DNA of 64,000 nt from an uncultured Verrucomicrobiae bacterium (lineage in GTDB: Bacteria > Verrucomicrobiota > Verrucomicrobiia > Limisphaerales > Palsa-1400). The DNA lies in the NCBI GenBank assembly GCA_963702845.1, contig OY969763.1, positions 4,128,001 to 4,192,000 of the forward strand, in the 5' to 3' direction. Shown piece after piece: positions 61,745-64,000 of the stretch (the stretch's first letter is position 1; each line of letters opens with the position of its first letter). Under the pieces are notes generated by a model. It saw only the letters and a program-made list of their open reading frames with translations. It was not told the origin of the DNA and did not search any database. Position numbers and translations under genes: made by a program.

Positions 61745-63019
61745 ATGAAGTTTCGTCCGCCATCAACACCGACACAACGCGACGCAAAAACGACGCAACC
61801 AATCGCTGATGATGAACCGACCGCACCGCCAGATTCCGTCGCCGTAGCTTTGCTGCCGAATATCGGCGCAGTGTTTATAAGTTTTCTCGTCATCGGATTA
61901 GCCATGCCGGTGCTGCCGTTACACGTCCATCAAACACTGGGTTTTGGCGCTTTCATTGTCGGACTCGTTGCCGGCAGTCAATTCACTGCCTCCCTGCTTT
62001 TGCGATTATGGGCAGGCCATTTCGCGGATACACGCGGGGCCAAACGCGCCGTCGTCATCGGGCTGTTGATCGCTGCGTTTTCCGGCCTGATTTATTTGCT
62101 CTCATTCTACCTCGCGCGCGTGCCGGTCACGTCCGTCACTATTTTGATTGTCGGCAGAGGATTCCTCGGTGCCGCAGAAAGCTTTATCATCACCGGATCG
62201 CTCGGCTGGGGAATGGCGCTGTGTGGCCGGTCGAATGCAGGAAAAGTCATCTCTTGGGTTGGAATGGCAATGTATGCCGCGTTTGGCATTGGAGCGCCGC
62301 TTGGCAGTTTAATCTATGAACGCTATGGATTCATTGCCGTTGCGCTCGCGACGTTGATCCTGCCGTTAGTCGCGCTGTTCGTCGCCGCTCCGGCGCGCGG
62401 TGTCACTCCCATCCCGACCGCGGCTCGCTCGTCCTTCAGCGCCGTGGCAGCAGCCGTCATGATTCCCGGCATTGGCCTTGCGTTTAGCAGCGTTGGCTTC
62501 GGCGCGATCACGACATTCATTGCCCTATTGTTTGTCAAACAAGGCTGGGGACCTGTCTGGTTGGCGTTCACCATCTTGAGCATCTCATTCATTTTGTGTC
62601 GCCTGTTCTTTAGTCAGCTTCCGGACAAACTCGGTGGCGCAAAAGTCGCTTTGGCCTTCGTGATTATTGAAACCATCGGCCAGGCATTGATCTGGCTTGC
62701 GCCTACAACCCCAGTGGCCCTCATTGGTGTAGGGCTGACAGCGTTCGGTTACTCACTCGTCTACCCGGGATACGGACTCGAAGCCGTCCGTCGCGTCCCG
62801 CCTGAAAACCGCGCCTTGGCCATGGGCACCTTCACCGCATTCCTCGATTTAGCCTTGGGACTCTCTGGCCCCGCGTTAGGCCTCATCGCCGGCGCATACG
62901 GTTTCCGTTCCGTCTTCCTCGTCAGCACAATGCTCGTCCTCGGCTCCGCCGCCATCGCCATCTCACTCCTGTTCACCAACCGAAAAAATGCGGACGTTCG
63001 CAGCGCTGGAGGTCATTGA
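61745..63019 (+). CDS. MFS transporter (YfcJ/YhhS-like)
   Basis: IGLAMPVLP, AGHFADTRGAK, LPDKLGG, AFLDLALG; about 12 TM helices. Confidence 0.9.
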   Translation: MKFRPPSTPTQRDAKTTQPIADDEPTAPPDSVAVALLPNIGAVFISFLVIGLAMPVLPLHVHQTLGFGAFIVGLVAGSQFTASLLLRLWAGHFADTRGAKRAVVIGLLIAAFSGLIYLLSFYLARVPVTSVTILIVGRGFLGAAESFIITGSLGWGMALCGRSNAGKVISWVGMAMYAAFGIGAPLGSLIYERYGFIAVALATLILPLVALFVAAPARGVTPIPTAARSSFSAVAAAVMIPGIGLAFSSVGFGAITTFIALLFVKQGWGPVWLAFTILSISFILCRLFFSQLPDKLGGAKVALAFVIIETIGQALIWLAPTTPVALIGVGLTAFGYSLVYPGYGLEAVRRVPPENRALAMGTFTAFLDLALGLSGPALGLIAGAYGFRSVFLVSTMLVLGSAAIAISLLFTNRKNADVRSAGGH

Positions 63020-63122
63020 CTCCCCTGCGTGGTAGAGTTCCGTGGGATTACACGGTTAGCATCAACAGAACAAATTTCGTCGCGTAGTGACGATGAACCC
63101 GTAATTAGAAGCTAAGCACCAA

Positions 63123-63598
63123 ATGGCTGCCACCCTTTCACCCAACACAGGTGAGGAACAGTTCGTAATAGAACTTAACGCGCCTGCGGGGTATGCAACT
63201 GACGCGGGATATGAAGATCGATCCACCTGCGCGGAAAACACTGGGATGGCGACCACACGTTTCCACTCAACACCTCGGTTTGCGGCATCTGGTTGTGAGC
63301 AGCCGATTTGAAGACACTTCGAGACCACATTTCGAATTGGCTTCGTCAGCCGCTACCTCTTCTGAACGGTAATGAGTTGGCTTCGGAATTCCAGTTGGCC
63401 CGCCTCCCCGGCCAGAGCCTTCGCATTCACTTCCGTCCAAAGATCGATACGACTTATGACCCAATTCCCGTAGTCACAATTGCGTTCTCAGCCGGAGGAT
63501 TGCAGGGAGAGTTTCACTTTATCACCGACCAATCCTGTCTCGGATTATTCGTGCAGGAATTGTCAGCGGAAGTGCGGGAGAACAAAAACTCAGTCTGA
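63123..63598 (+). pseudogene. Hypothetical gene with one frameshift and an in-frame TGA (pseudogene or sequence error)
   Basis: After about 63215 the frame of ORF 63308..63598 reads IHLRGKHWDGDHTFPLNTSVCGIWL*AADLKTLRDH. Confidence 0.4.
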
Positions 63599-63626
63599 TT
63601 GCCAAACCGCAGACAATTACCTGCGT

Positions 63627-64000
63627 TTAGCATTGGGCGGCTTTCCACTTCCGCATGAGCTCATCTCGAAACCAAGCAGCATGTTCAGGACTAGAAAAGC
63701 AGCTACGTGGGAAGTAATGAACATTGTTATCGGTTACGAAAACGAAAAGGTAGTTTCGACTGCCCGCTATGCGATGAAAGCCAGCCCACCTGTAAACAGA
63801 CTCATTGACTCGTGTTTTTTCGAGCAGACCGTCCTCGCGAATCTCATACTCGTGTTCGCCAACTACGCCACGGTTGTTATTCGTCAACAGGAGAACAAAT
63901 TGTAGTGCCACGTTGCAAACCAACATTACACACAGCGCAATGCAGGCCGAAATAGCAACGTAGAACACCTTAAAAACAATCGACTCTTGCGTGTTTTCAG
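63627..64000 (-). CDS. YcxB-like membrane protein; 5' end probably outside the window
   Basis: TM helix then GEHEYEIREDGL...W...YLFVF...FPRSCF. Confidence 0.65.
   Translation of the reverse strand, partial: ENTQESIVFKVFYVAISACIALCVMLVCNVALQFVLLLTNNNRGVVGEHEYEIREDGLLEKTRVNESVYRWAGFHRIAGSRNYLFVFVTDNNVHYFPRSCFSSPEHAAWFRDELMRKWKAAQC

Noticed and set aside
63295..63297. Selenocysteine TGA
   Set aside because: No redox motif or evident SECIS; a substitution or decay is more likely.

Overview
Gene-dense bacterial chromosomal window (mid-50s % GC by eye). The lineage is inferred to be Verrucomicrobiota/PVC, possibly Pedosphaera-like, from an H-X9-DG-type prepilin, a C-terminal FYRL tail on a secreted glycosidase, a sulfatase/FGE pair, many TPR and PQQ-propeller proteins, and the GyrA motif [10 protein letters not shown]. 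Contents: the start of an exopolysaccharide export locus (Wza/SLBB protein plus OM beta-barrel), FGE, a GT-C/TPR protein, tandem cyclophilins, HIT, transglutaminase, suhB-like IMPase, a sigma54 response regulator operon with ispF, polyprenol-P-mannose synthase, fabF-acpP, an ErpA/IscA-type carrier, sulfatase/MFS, mlaEFD, PIN/TRAM, purD, a CHASE-PAS kinase, parA, SRAP, gyrB-gyrA, a GH2 exo-glucosaminidase, cupin and MFS. I saw no rRNA, tRNA, CRISPR array, integrase or transposase. From about 40 kb onward many genes, including essential gyrB/gyrA, are broken by 1-2 nt indels; these are most likely sequencing or assembly errors. I did not find a large, clearly novel multi-gene system. The best leads are: (1) an in-frame lipoprotein-NADAR-PPC/DUF296 fusion; (2) a ~21-bp palindromic tandem array upstream of an orphan parA; (3) an inverted heptamer-array element that encloses a start codon and supplies signal-peptide codons; (4) three NrdR-like boxes at exact 32-bp spacing before gyrB; (5) an 18-bp operator-like palindrome plus an internal terminator in acpP-fabF; (6) two probable pseudo-peptidases; (7) GTAG/GGAG-type REP-like elements. 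All family assignments are by motif recognition only; no database searches were run.
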